Notes under the pieces: generated by a model
Told to the model about the DNA's origin: nothing
The model's input: the letters and a program-made list of their open reading frames with translations, nothing else
Database searches by the model: none
Part shown: piece after piece, positions 11,036-35,377 of the stretch
How positions within the stretch are numbered: position 1 is the first letter of the stretch
How the letters are laid out: every line of letters begins with the position of its first letter
Source: Tubiluchus corallicola
Taxonomy: Eukaryota; Animalia; Priapulida
NCBI GenBank assembly: GCA_030141605.1
Contig: JAQGDQ010000043.1
Coordinates: 868,001 to 932,000 of the forward strand
DNA: 64,000 bases
Direction: 5' to 3'
Program-made: the position numbers and the translations under genes

Positions 11036-13282
11036 TTAGGCTGCAAATTGAAACGTAGTCAACAAACGAATGTGGTTGTAAAATCGTAAATTTTAAAGAT
11101 TATGGATGATTAAACAAGCCAAAAGTCTGCGACTGCAAAAGTAGAAACAAAACAATATTTTACTTCAAGTGTTACAACATATGGGCGTTTACTTACGAGA
11201 GCGTGTATTACTTATACACGTGCGGCCCACTCATGTCTGCATAAGTGCATTTATATTTCTTCATTACTGACAAAAATTATAGGTTTCCGCTTTCAAATGC
11301 AACCGTTTCATTCGCTTTGGTTGGGGACAAGAAGTCACTCTCCGAAATATGGGACGCGTAGGCCTCCAGTCGCTTACTGTGCAAGTGTGTTAAGGGAGTT
11401 ATTCCATAACTTACCGAAATTCTCACATTGTAACGTTGTGTCACATTTTTTATTCACCCTAATTTTACCAACTTACTGCTTTTTAATAATTAAGTATCAG
11501 TTCCCATGGTTTCAGCGTTTACATCTCTACTGCTGGTAACGCCTATGATAAAATTATTTTAATATGTGTGACGTCATATTACGGCTATTTTCGCAACCCT
11601 GGCGACGGAGCGTCCAGGGTTCTTTACATTCGCATGACCTGTGTAGCAAAGAATGTAGAAAATTCGCAAAGCTCTATGTGCACAACCGAGCATGCTTTTC
11701 ATTATAGTACACGTGCAGTGTTATTATAGTAATTACACATTTTTACACTGGCACTTTTACGTACACAGTGTGCGTTGTTATATGACGTCACAGGTGACAC
11801 TTTCTTTACTGTGTTGTAGTTATGAAATTTCTCTAAGCCGGGCAGACTTGTCAAGGTCATCGATTAATTATTAATCTCAATTTTAATCTAGCAAAGAACA
11901 CGGCAAAGTAAACTTGAGATTAAAATGACATTAATATTATTAATTCGGATGTAGGTTAATACATTACCTTTTTTAAAATTTACTTTCATACAATCACAAG
12001 TTAATTTTTTAATTGCACTAATATTGCGCTCAGTAGTAATTACATTACACCTATACACTTTAGAAGTAGGCCTAATTAATGACGACCAGACAGTTCTTAA
12101 AGTGTATTTATTTAGCAAAGGAGTTTCATGGTGAGCAGAACAAGAAACAGCTAGGAGGTCTGGGAGACTGCTGTAAGCTGCACTGTTGGGGACCCGGGCT
12201 TATATTTTCATTGATTTTAGGCTTTTGAGACCTTTAATGGTCGAAAAAAGGTCAGTTTAGTAAGCAATTTTTCAACCGTTTTTCGCCATTAAGGGTACTA
12301 AATTTAGGAGTTAATTCAAAAACAGCAATTACCTTTCAATCAGTGAATTAAGTCGTTTTCATCCACTAGATTTTATACATTACACAGTATAAGTCTTGGC
12401 CAATTCAAACCATTTATCCGCGAGGAATCAGTGAGCAAAAAATACAGCAAGGTGCACTAACTCCAATTTACATGTTGACTTACTTCTGCCACAGACAATC
12501 ACGTGTCTCACGCCAACAGATTACAGCTAAATTTTCTTGACGTAACTTTTCAAGTCTGAAATAAGTTAGAAGGCGATAAAACGAGTTAACTAATTATTCT
12601 TGTGCACAACTTCTCAAGAAGCTTCTTTCTTTTTCTTTTCTTTTGAAATTTTTCTTTTCTGAAAAATTGCAACAACAATGAGGTAGCCATTGTTATTGTC
12701 TACAGTTCAATTTTGTTGACTGAAAGACGAAAATTGTGCTACTAACTTATGTTTCAGACAAGCTTATAGATAATTAAATGGCGAGAAAACTAAACGTGTG
12801 ACCCGGCGAGACATTGTTTTTTCTTTAGATGCAGGGTCTGTAACTTTAGGTTCCGGTCCTGCGACCCTGACAGACCCAGCACACTTTAAGCACTGCGTAC
12901 TGAGTGCTGAAAAATAACTTTATAAGGGTGCCTTGTTAGTGCCAACATTCCATGCAGTATATAAATTTCTTTTATTAATTTGATACTATTATAGACCTGA
13001 AATTACTTGTTAAAGATGACCATAAGCTAAACTACTAACAAATTCAAAAGACAATCAAATGCAGCTTAACAAGAATAGCTGCGTAACAAGAGCAACAATA
13101 TCTATAACTCAGCCAATTATAATTTTATATTGAACTTTCATGGTGAATAAAATAGGCATAAAATGTACAGTAAAAATAAATACTTTGTAAGATTTTTCAT
13201 TTAATCACTCACTCATTGTGCTTATATAATTATACTATCATAGCTTGTATTGTTTTCTGACAAAATGTGTGTTACAGCCCAC

Positions 13283-13301
13283 AGATGGCGGCCAGGTAGT
13301 G
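13283..13301 (+). promoter_or_regulatory. Probable RNF5/RNF185 TSS region: YY1-like motif and first donor
   Basis: AGATGGCGGC (YY1 initiator-like) immediately followed by CAG|GTAGT; an acceptor at 14953 precedes the ATG at 14984. Confidence 0.35.
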
Positions 13302-14983
13302 TAGTGTAAAATGCGTTCTGAATTCTTTAGATTGTGTGTATTGTTTTATTGTTTATTAATCTGTCAAAAAATATCCATCCGTTGGACAATAAACATGTTG
13401 AGAAAATCCAATAATTGTGAAGTTGAAATGTTTAACTTGCCTACAATTTTTGTTATGCTATGTCAAATATTTGATTTTAAAGCAAAATAACCTGTTTCTT
13501 TCTACCAAATTAAAATTTTCAAAGTTTTATATACTTGGAAATATTTCACTTAGTGCTGTTTAAACTAGAGCAAGCGAATGCCTCCAGTAGTGCCCAACCA
13601 TAATTTCTTCTGCACACAAAGCTAAGCAGCATTTGATGGATAGAAGAACAATGGGAGACAGCAGTAAACTACATAGTGTTTTGCCTTTGTGCCAAGAATA
13701 TTGATGCACTATAGCTATTTTTAGTGTCTGTTATCTTTGAAGATAAGCATTATGAGCTGATAATGGTTATTGTAGGAAAAAGATCAGTTACAGCTGATCA
13801 GAATGAATGAAAAAAACTAGAATTACATTTGCCTTTGATCGACGCTATATATTTGATCTATATAAATTATGTTCATTTTTGTAGCAGAAAAGATCTTTGG
13901 TTGAATTCTCCATTAGACCGCATGAAGAACATACTGCCTTTTATGTAGATGCCCTATAGTGATGGCCGAGGAGTTATAAAGTCAATCATGTGACTCATTT
14001 CATCTCCAATCTGATTCTGAATTATCAATGATGTCTTGCCTCTTCTAAATTACTTAGAGATAGGGTCTTGGAAAATGGTGTTTGCTTTCGCTAGAGTGAA
14101 TGATGATAAGCGCCGTAATCCATTTTGGCACTGTTTCAAAAGCGGAGGTACATGTCACTATTTTGTTTGCAATTAGGTTGTCGATTCAGAGTTTGCAAGT
14201 TTGTTTTACAAAAAATAATTCTAATAGTGATTTTTTGTTGGAAATGAAAGTGGGGAAATTTCGTCATGTTTGTCTCACATGCATTGTAAAAAATATTTCG
14301 TGGCTACCTGTGTTTTCATGATTTTGTAGCTACTGCAATGACACGTTTGTGTTTGTGATTGGTGCGACACTTTGCTAACTGTGAAAACTGTTACTAAACT
14401 CTTATCTTAAGACTACTAATTCCACTGTAGGTTTTTGTAGTGTCACTATTACTGGAACATCAGAACCTGCACTTCCACTAGCTTTTTTCTTGATAATTTG
14501 TGACTACTTTGAATGCAGTACAGTAAAGTGTACAACAAGTATACCAACTATTGAAAGTAAAAGGTAAATAACTACATTTAATATTACCTCAGTAGTTATA
14601 CAATCAGTGTAATGGTATTAGCTTATAACAGCCTAGCGCCGTCTATTGTGAAGCATGTCAGCTATGCATCTTCTACTGTCCACTATTGTTTAATATTGAT
14701 TGTATCTTAATCTAGTAATTATTGTATAATGTCAATAAAACAAGTAAATGTCATAATTAAATAGTCCTTTAAGAATAAAATGCATAATAATTTTTGGTTA
14801 AACAGTTCAATACTAAGTTACTAACAGTTATGATTCTCTAGTTTTTTACTTCAGCACAGTGTACTCACTTAATAACTTACTGAAGAATGTGGATCCTTGC
14901 GAGTGGATAGTTCATTAGACGATTGAAATATTATTGTATGTACAGTTTTTTAGGGCACTACCTTATAAATAATTGGCTGTACA

Positions 14984-17501
14984 ATGGCAAGTGCAGCAGA
15001 GCCAGGTGAGAAAAAAGACAAGGAAGAAGAAAAGACAAATGATGGAGCATTTGAATGCAACATTTGTTTAGATACTGCTAGAGATGCAGTCGTCAGCATG
15101 TGCGGTCATCTTTTCTGGTAAGTTTAGCACTATATTTCGTTCTGTTATTTGCATTACTATTACATCGCCCACTAACAACTGCATCTATTGGTTCTTCTGA
15201 GGCCTTAAGTGTTTGATTCAAACAGGCCTTGCCAGAGTTGGAAATCCTTCCTTTATTTAAAACCATAGGTGTTGATAGAGATAATCCTACTGCTCATAAT
15301 TTATTTGTGTGTGCAGTAGTACTTATTAATACTTATCTGTAGACAAAGGGTAAAAATAATTGAAAATACATAATGAAGTCAAACATACGATCGCATTTGG
15401 ACTATGAGATTGCAGTCAAATTGTGCTAAATATGTTAAATTACACATTACTAATAACACCCAGATATTTCATTTGTTTGCTTTATGATGTAAATGTATAA
15501 TCAGTTATCATTAAGTGAGACAAGCATTTACACTTAGATAATTATTCTTTTGTATCAGTTTCATCAGAGCATAACTTTAAGTCATAGATTTTTGTTTATA
15601 TTTTTTTTTATTTGAACATATTTATTCACATTTTCATTTCTTATATTTAGCTCCATGTTCTTTAGGATTTAATTCCATAAAATCTTAATTTAATCATGGC
15701 TTCACTTTTGGTTTCATTGCTTTTTCTAATTAAAGTTTTTTTACTTCTTTCAAATGTTATTATCATTGTTTTTTCTTATCAATCCTTTGTACAGGCATCT
15801 TATTTGCAACACATTTCTTGCCATTTTGTTAATTGCCATCAGAATAATTGAGTATTAGTTTTTTGTTTTTAATTATTTTTGTTATTGGCTTCGTACCAGC
15901 TTCTTTTAGCATACCTAATAAATTATTCAATTTCTTCTGCTACCAAATTTTCTTTTTTTCATAATATGTTGTTAAATGTTGTCTCTTATAAATATTGTTA
16001 TTGCATTTTTGCACACTAGCTTAGTACAACTTAAGCAATATATTTTTTTTGTATAATACAAAACAGAGTAGGATGGCACATTTATTAATGTTTCAGCTGG
16101 CCATGTTTGCATCAGTGGTTAGAGACTCGTCCCAACAGACAGATGTGTCCTGTTTGCAAAGCTGGTATAAGCAAAGAAAAGGTTGTACCTTTATATGGCC
16201 GAGGGAATACAAAACAAGAAGATCCTCGTGAAAAAGTTCCTCCTCGACCACAAGGGCAACGACCCGAGCCAGAAAATACTGGGGTAAGTAGATAGTATTT
16301 TAACAAGTTCAATTCAGATTATTGGTCGAGGGACTTACTGTACTCATGAAGTCGAAAAACTTGGAAAAACTGGCAGAGCCTTCTAAAGGCTTATTTCCAA
16401 AATGAGATTATTGCTGCTGCCTTCCAGTTATGGGACAAACCTTTAATTTCTTCTAATTGAGCTGCTGCTGACCTATTAATAACAACACACTTTAAATAAC
16501 AAGATATTGTTGTTTCTGCCATGTGAAAGGTCGTGAAATCACAAACAGAAGCATAAGTTAGTAATTTTGTATAATTTGTTGTTCTGGTAATAGAGGTCAA
16601 TACAAAATGTTTCTGTTTTTAGTCCTGACACTAAATGGACTTCAGTTATCCAACAATCAGTCATGGAAAAAGTAACTATTTGCCTTCATTTATGATGTTG
16701 GGATCTTTTATAAAAGATTAGGATTTTTCTGTGTTTATTCTGCTTATGATTTTTGTTTAAATTTGCTCTGTATATTTTAATAGTTTTGTGCCGTCTCAAT
16801 TAGTATGATTGTGAAATCACGTGTAGTTCCGTTTGACACTGTAAAATTTGGAGTTTTACTTTATTGTTTCATCGTCAATGAACTTTTCATAAGATATATT
16901 CACAAAATCCAAATGCAGTACTACCACTTCATCGTTACTGTAGGCAGAAATATGCTATGTCTGAGAACATTCATTAGTAATACCATTAGTAATAAAAAAT
17001 TTTTAGGCAGTTTTACGTGTTTGTTTTTCCTCAGCCATTTCACGGTTTCAATTGGGGTGGAGATGGAGGATTTCAAATGTCTTTTGGGATTGGTGCATTC
17101 CCTTTTGGGCTTTTTGCTTCAACTTTCAACTTTGGTAATCCTCATCAGAGAGTACCTCCACGTAAGTGTAACACAACATAACATTGCAGATATGTTGTTT
17201 CTCTTATTGCTTAGGCTGTTGTAAGAAATTACATTTCGAACTCATAGTTATGAAAACTCTGTGCAGTTTAGCTCTCAGTCAGTTATCCAGTTTCTGAGGT
17301 CTCATTTAAGGCTATTTCTGTGTTAATAGTTTGTTTGATTGGTATACATTATTTAGCATCTTTTTGTCATTACTTTACAGATTATTTATTGATTTAATTT
17401 CAGCACAGCCAGGGACTCCCCAATATGAAGAGGAACATTTCCTTTCCAAATTATTCCTCTGGGTAGCAATATTGTTCATTTTTTGGTTATTGATAGCATG
17501 A
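14984..17501 (+). CDS. RNF185: E3 ubiquitin-protein ligase RNF5/RNF185 (RMA1 family), 181 aa
   Basis: Exons 14984-15117, 16097-16283, 17035-17161, 17404-17501. C3HC4 [36 protein letters not shown]...[34 protein letters not shown], and C-terminal [22 protein letters not shown]. Confidence 0.95.
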
Positions 17502-17978
17502 TATATAATCTTTTCTGCATTGTACACTATATTTAAGCTCAAGAGAAGAGTCTAATACACAAAAATTTTTGTACTGACGGATTGGTGGAAATTGTGCACT
17601 ACCTCTTACATATCATGGGATTACAATTTGCACGTTATATCAAGAGAAAAGCATGTTTATTGTGAAAAGCCTGCAATGCTGTTCTTTTTGTGCACCAGAG
17701 ATTAAGAATATGTTACCTAAAAGACAGCATAATTGATCATCTTCATAAGGCAGGCTTCACAGTGACACTAGCCATTTATGGACTAAAACCTTTCATTTGA
17801 AATGCTTGCTCTGATAACTGGTAATGGCCGTACCTTACTAAATTCTGCTGTTGTTCTACTGAGTGAGCAAAATGTGTGTTGAAGAGTTGAGGAATTTCTC
17901 GTAGTTGAATTAATGATCTTCTAGTTTTAAAAACTCATATCTCTTCATACATTAATCTGGTGAAACCTTACATGAGTA

Positions 17979-18496
17979 CGGTAAACTATGTCTAACTCAA
18001 ATACCTCGGGACCGGAAAATTTGTTCGAGTTATGCAAAAGGACGAGTTAGATGATGTTCGTAACAAAACAAGAGTCACTCATCAATGCCGTACAGTATGC
18101 TAGTAACACCACAGCCAGTGAAAATGACAAACTGAGCATTAATCGAATATCAAACAACAGTTTTATGAATAATCAAAAATAAAATGACTGGTCCACCTCT
18201 ATTGTAGTCTGAGTAGCATGGTTAATAGAACTCGCCTGTAATAATATTGTGATCTACATTAAGTCACGTTCATAAAGCCTTGTGTGCAATGTTCTGCTAA
18301 GGTAATACAAGAAACCTTAGCATTTTTGCTAGGAGGCTGTTCGAGATAAGTCAGATTCTTAAGAATTATACTTGGAATTTTGGTTTGAGTTACGCGATAA
18401 TTTGAGCTATGCAATGTTTGTTAAAGTGAAAGGGAAAATCTGTTCTGCGAGATCTGTTTGAGATATGCAAGATTTCGAGTTGTACGTAGTTTATTG
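17979..18496. mobile_element. pogo/Tigger-like (Tc1/mariner) MITE
   Basis: TA|CGGTAAACTATGTCTAACTCAAA ... TTCGAGTTGTACGTAGTTTATTG inverted ends, with repeated internal TTCGAGTTA-like motifs. Confidence 0.6.
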
Positions 18497-20915
18497 GATA
18501 ATATTTGCCATCATTTCTTATGCATAAATGCTACAATTTAGCTTACACATGATTGTATAGTTAACTAGCTACACTGTGTGCTTGGTGAAATTACTTAATT
18601 TAAAAATTTGTTAACCATTTCTTACTGAATCCTCTATAGAAATGGATCAGCGATTGAATTAACGATGAACCTATGTTGTCTGTAAAAAGTTTTGTAACAT
18701 CGTATAACATGTGACTTGCTGTTTAACTCTCACAACATCAGTAAGTTCTGTGAAAAATTAGATTATAATATCCTTCCATTTTTACTTTGATAAAATTGTA
18801 TCTGAAACAAAGGAGGGAATTGTGCATCTGAGTGATCTGACGATTCAAATCCAAACTTTGAAGGTATCAATCTAAATGTTGTTTAATTTTTTGTTATGTA
18901 TATACTGAATACATTTTATTCTGATTTTATGTGTTTTAATGCTTTGTTTGTACATTGTTTGTTAAGAAAAGTAATTATTGAGTAAACATGCTCATATTGC
19001 ATGACTTATTTAAAATTGCAAATACAGTACCTCAACTAATAACACCTATTTTGGTTTGTTGTAATCTTTCCTTTGTAACACGTATTTCTCAAGATATCGT
19101 AACAATGCAGGATATCAAATACATTTGTCTCAAAGCAGTAAAATTAAAATAGACACATTATAGCTAATTTATATTTTTAAAATTTTAATATGTTGCTATT
19201 GCAATTAATTTTTCTATAATACTATTTTTGGATAATATGAGTAACTGTAAAACCAGTCAATGTAGTACAGTTAGTTGGACGCTCTTTGAAATCACACTTT
19301 CAGATCTGTATAATTTATGTTAGACAATCGTCATCAAATTAATTGCTCATATTCCAATGAACATATTTTCATCGATTTTGTAATTATACTTATTAGTTGT
19401 AAACATTACTCGTTTATTAACATTTCAAAAGCAAAACATTTTGATTGCAGTTAAAGCTGAAGTTCAAGTTGCAGTGAAACAGTAAAAAATTTAAATGAAT
19501 ATTTGTACTTTGGTTCTACAGCTTTGACAAAGAGACGTGACATCCCAAAACAGTGGATTCAAAGAAATGGTTTTCAAGTGAATTGCTGTGATGCGCTCAT
19601 AACTTTATAACATAGCAAGCATAATATATAAAATGTCAGTGATGGTGCCAGCTGTGTGAATTGGTTCAATTTGGCTGGGTAATTTCAGAATTCATGTGCA
19701 GTAGAACAAAATTATGTTACAAGACAAATGTTTGTAAACATGCATTTGAATCGATATAATGATTTTAAAGCATTTTTGATCCTACTCTGAGACATGCCAT
19801 CTCCAGATTATGTTTAATGTTGGTAGATGAGCATGTAATATACGCCAACTTGTCATTACATAATTTCATTGGGTGATGGTGAGTAATGTACCTGCTCTAC
19901 GTGAGTGGTGTGTGGCTGCCGTGGGTTTGGTATTTGCTCTAGAAAGTATCATTCATACACCTTGGTTGGTTATCTCATAGAGGGAGGGTTTATACACATC
20001 TGGACATGTCTGAGATGCTCCTGCTAGTGATAATAAGCCAATCTCCCATTCTGGCTACAAACACCTCATTGAGTAGAGCCTGCCAATCAGTCCCGGTTAC
20101 CACTGATTTCTGTTTGCTGGCTTTGAGGACTGATGACATTTTGCTCTATGTTCAAATGGGTTAAAATGTTATGAGTATGTGCAGTTGCCACTCAGTTCAT
20201 TACTAATCAGGCACATGTAGTTGTTGATTACCTGCACCGCTAATTACAGCGCATTAAAATGTGTTTGCACTGTATGCATATCTGTTTACCATTAACAACT
20301 TACCTCATCAAATATTGTGTTATAAAAATCAAAACTTCTGAAATATTTTAGATTTTTCTCTCTCTTATGTGCACTTAACACTTTAAATGCTATACACAGC
20401 CATACCAGGAAGGTACATAAAACAATACAACACTAACTACATCGGCATACAAAAATATCTTGATTTATTTATGTTTAAATCATAATCTTATACCATTGTG
20501 CATTTTATATACATTTTCATTAAATCATTTTAAGTGAAACAATCATTAATGTGTGACAAAAATATAAAATGAGAGAAAATGTGTTGGAGTCTGCATTGCA
20601 AAAAAAACTACACAATATGTGAACACATAATTAGTTATTTTCGTGTACTGTAGACTCACTATAAAACTGGTTGCTGTTTGTATACTCTGTCACTCTGAAG
20701 AATGAAGACACAGTTAGTCTTTGCAGTTGAAACATTTGATTTGTTTTTAGTATTTTATATTTTAAAGTTTTTAACAAAAATTGTTTCTTTTAATAATTAC
20801 ACTGGTTTGCTATTTTTAACATCAACATTGTAAAACATTTAAAACTGCAAGCTTAACTTTATTTGCAGATTACTATCATACGTCCACTAGATTCTGTATA
20901 AGTTATTTAATTTTG

Positions 20916-32427
<11,512 letters not shown>

Positions 32428-33558
32428 TAGACTAGAAACTGCATAAATAACGAGAATTCATTCAAATTTTATTTAACCACTCTAAAACAGTACGACATCA
32501 CGGTTATTACTGATGATATGTAATAATATAAATATCTATTGAGTCTACTGACACAACTGCAATAGTTTGCCTGCAACTGCGCTTGCGACATCTACCGTAG
32601 CAAACTGCTAAAGTCACTACTAATTGAGCCTTTTGTCACGCCGGCTTCATTGCTCTGAGTCTGTATTACATCACCAGCGCTTTCAACAACGTGCAGTACT
32701 AAAGCAATGTGTCAGTTCATTGGCTATCCCAAATTCACAATGCTAACATGATACAATATTCTTTGAATTATTTTTTATCATAATTCAGTTTAGATAATGG
32801 CAAAACATAATTCAAAGAAGAATTTTTGAATAAGTATGGTATTTTCAGTTAACTTTACAGTCCTTTGAACATGCGAGGAATCCAGAGGTCCAGACTAGTG
32901 CAGCATAGTAAAAACTATTAATGAAATTCGGCCTTTCAAAGATTTGGTGGAACCTTTGGTCATTTAGACACATTCATGCACGCACATACACACCCTCACA
33001 CACACACAAAACAAAACAACACACAATTGCTAATCACTGCTGCTTGTTAACAATGCTGGCATAGAAATGTGGCAAACTGATTTCACTTGTATTCCACTTA
33101 CTAGACAACAAAAATATTGTACTGGCAGTAACATTGTGTTGCGTTGTATTGTATTATACTGCATTGGATTGCACTGCACTGTAGATTACATTACATTATA
33201 CTATGTTGTATTGTGTTGCATGTAATGTATTGTATTGTTTTTTTATTGTAAACGACTGTTATACTAGCTGCTAAATTATCATGATTAAGGTTAAGCGAGT
33301 ACACCCATAGAAACTCCATATTTTCCACAAAGTAGTTGTTAATTAAATATTTAAACTTTATTAGGGTTGGTGCAGCAATCACCATGACAGGCAAATTATT
33401 CCATTCGTTGGATCACCATTCTCACAGTAAATGCTTATTTATGAATGTCAAGACGTAACTGTAAAAAGTTTTAAACATTATTCTTAGTTTCATAATCAAC
33501 AATTAAATGTAGAGCGTGTGTAAGAACAACAGCGTGACAGGATATAGTTTTCTTTTTA

Positions 33559-34029
33559 GCTTACTTCGTTATGATGTTACGATTCCATTAAATGTAATGT
33601 GGATATGCAGGATTGTATTGTATTGTATGCACAGTCGATGCAAGATATGAGCTCGAGACCTGCGCAAGTGGACTACAGTGGAAAAAACTGTTTATAATCA
33701 TTGTGGTATCCGTGGTATCACAAGTGTACAGTGTTACACACAGGTGTTGTTATTGACGTAATTATTAATTACTCAGCAATTAGATTAGTTTTATAATAAT
33801 GGCACAGTATAATTATGGCATAAGCTTTCAAACTTAATAAGTAGCACAATCGTAAGTCATTAATTTCACGTAACACATTTCACAACAAAGATTGTTTGCT
33901 TGCACGTATACATCTCTAACCCACAGATGCAAAGCGTTTTTGCTATTTTGTTTCAGAGAGGGGGCAGCAGTACCGCACATCTACAGATTCAAGAAGCTCG
34001 TTATTTCCCAGCTTCCTGACTTTGTAAGT
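33559..34029. promoter_or_regulatory. Putative bidirectional promoter of ERCC3 and HPS5
   Basis: Both ATG exons begin at acceptors (32439-32440 minus; 35369-35370 plus), so both genes need upstream non-coding exons. Strong donors face outward at 33564 (minus, GTAAGC) and 34024 (plus, GTAAGT). Confidence 0.45.
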
Positions 34030-35377
34030 GTTCTCTGATTAAGTCTTTAAGAGTTTTTTTTAGTTTGCGCACCACCAGATAATGGTCATTTTTCACCCGT
34101 CTCAGGTTGGTTTGATATTCGACGTTCGATATTCAATATTGAAAGTAAAAGCAGTTTAATGTGGTTTGATATTCGAGATGCGACATGGCCTCAAATATTC
34201 CCCTTAGGCCTTACTAAAGCAAAGGAAATGTTGCAACACCTCAATTCAGGTTCATTTGCGCTATACAATTCAAACACAGGGATTTAATAATAAATAGAAA
34301 CTAAGATCAAAATTACAGAGGGCAATTAAAATGATTAGTTTAGAAGAATGCAGTTGCAGTATACAGCCAATAAAATTGCTTAATACTAATACTAGCCTCA
34401 GTAAAGATTCATGTTGTTTTCAGTTGTCTGCCTGCATATTTACAATTTCACGTACCACCTGTACAAGTGCTAACCAAAGAAAAGTTTGTAGCACCATAAC
34501 AATGATACATATTGTTTACTAACTCAATAGTTATCTAATCTTATGGGTGCCTGCCCATTACAAACTTTCTCTTTCCCGTTTGCTTGCACTTTCCCCTAGT
34601 TTTACATATCAACTGCAAGTGCAATTTGTGCTAACTCTATACTTGTTTATGAACTTATTTACTTATTTTAAACTACTTTTTCAATGTAGCAGCATACCCA
34701 ACAGGTAACAGAACACTCATGAATGTATATGAAAATCCATACGGTTATACTGCCTGCCACATTGTCTAGAGAAGTTAAACACAAAACCATCTTTTCTTAT
34801 GGCCATGCATGCATAATGAGCAGAGTTGCCAATAACTGCACTTTTGCTTCAGTTTCGTTTTCGTCGAAATTTATTGAAATTTCACACACGAAACTTAAGA
34901 TAATTTTCGGTAGATTTTCCAAGATTTTAGCAGTATTTACCGAGTTTACTTAAATTTGAAGCAATAAATTCCTATATTTTAGTTCTAATTGCTGTTCTAG
35001 AATAGAGCCATAAATTGAATTCCAGGGTTCTAGTTCTAATTAGTTGTTATGTAATACAAATTTTTGTTGGCTAGCTAAATAAATAAAAGCAAATGACCAA
35101 ATAATGGATATGCCAGATTTTTTCAGTTTTAATAGTAGTTAGTTTTGCAAAAATGGTTTCGGTTCTGTGCTGGTTTCCTATGTTTCATAAATTTTTGGTT
35201 GGGTTTCAGTTTGTAATTTCAGTTTAAGTAACATAACATCCCTGACAATAAGTCCTTTAGATTCATTCTCATAGTACTTTGCTTTCATGAATGAATGGAA
35301 TTATTGTACAGCACCTCTCATGTGCATCTCAGTACATCTTACTTGAAGTCAACTGTTTATTTTTGGACAGGGAAAAT

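Noticed and set aside
16805-17224. 139-aa ORF
   Set aside because: Off-frame overlap of RNF5/185 exon 3 plus intron sequence.
18767-18776. ATATCCTT U12-type donor
   Set aside because: Not at an exon boundary; all reconstructed introns are GT-AG.
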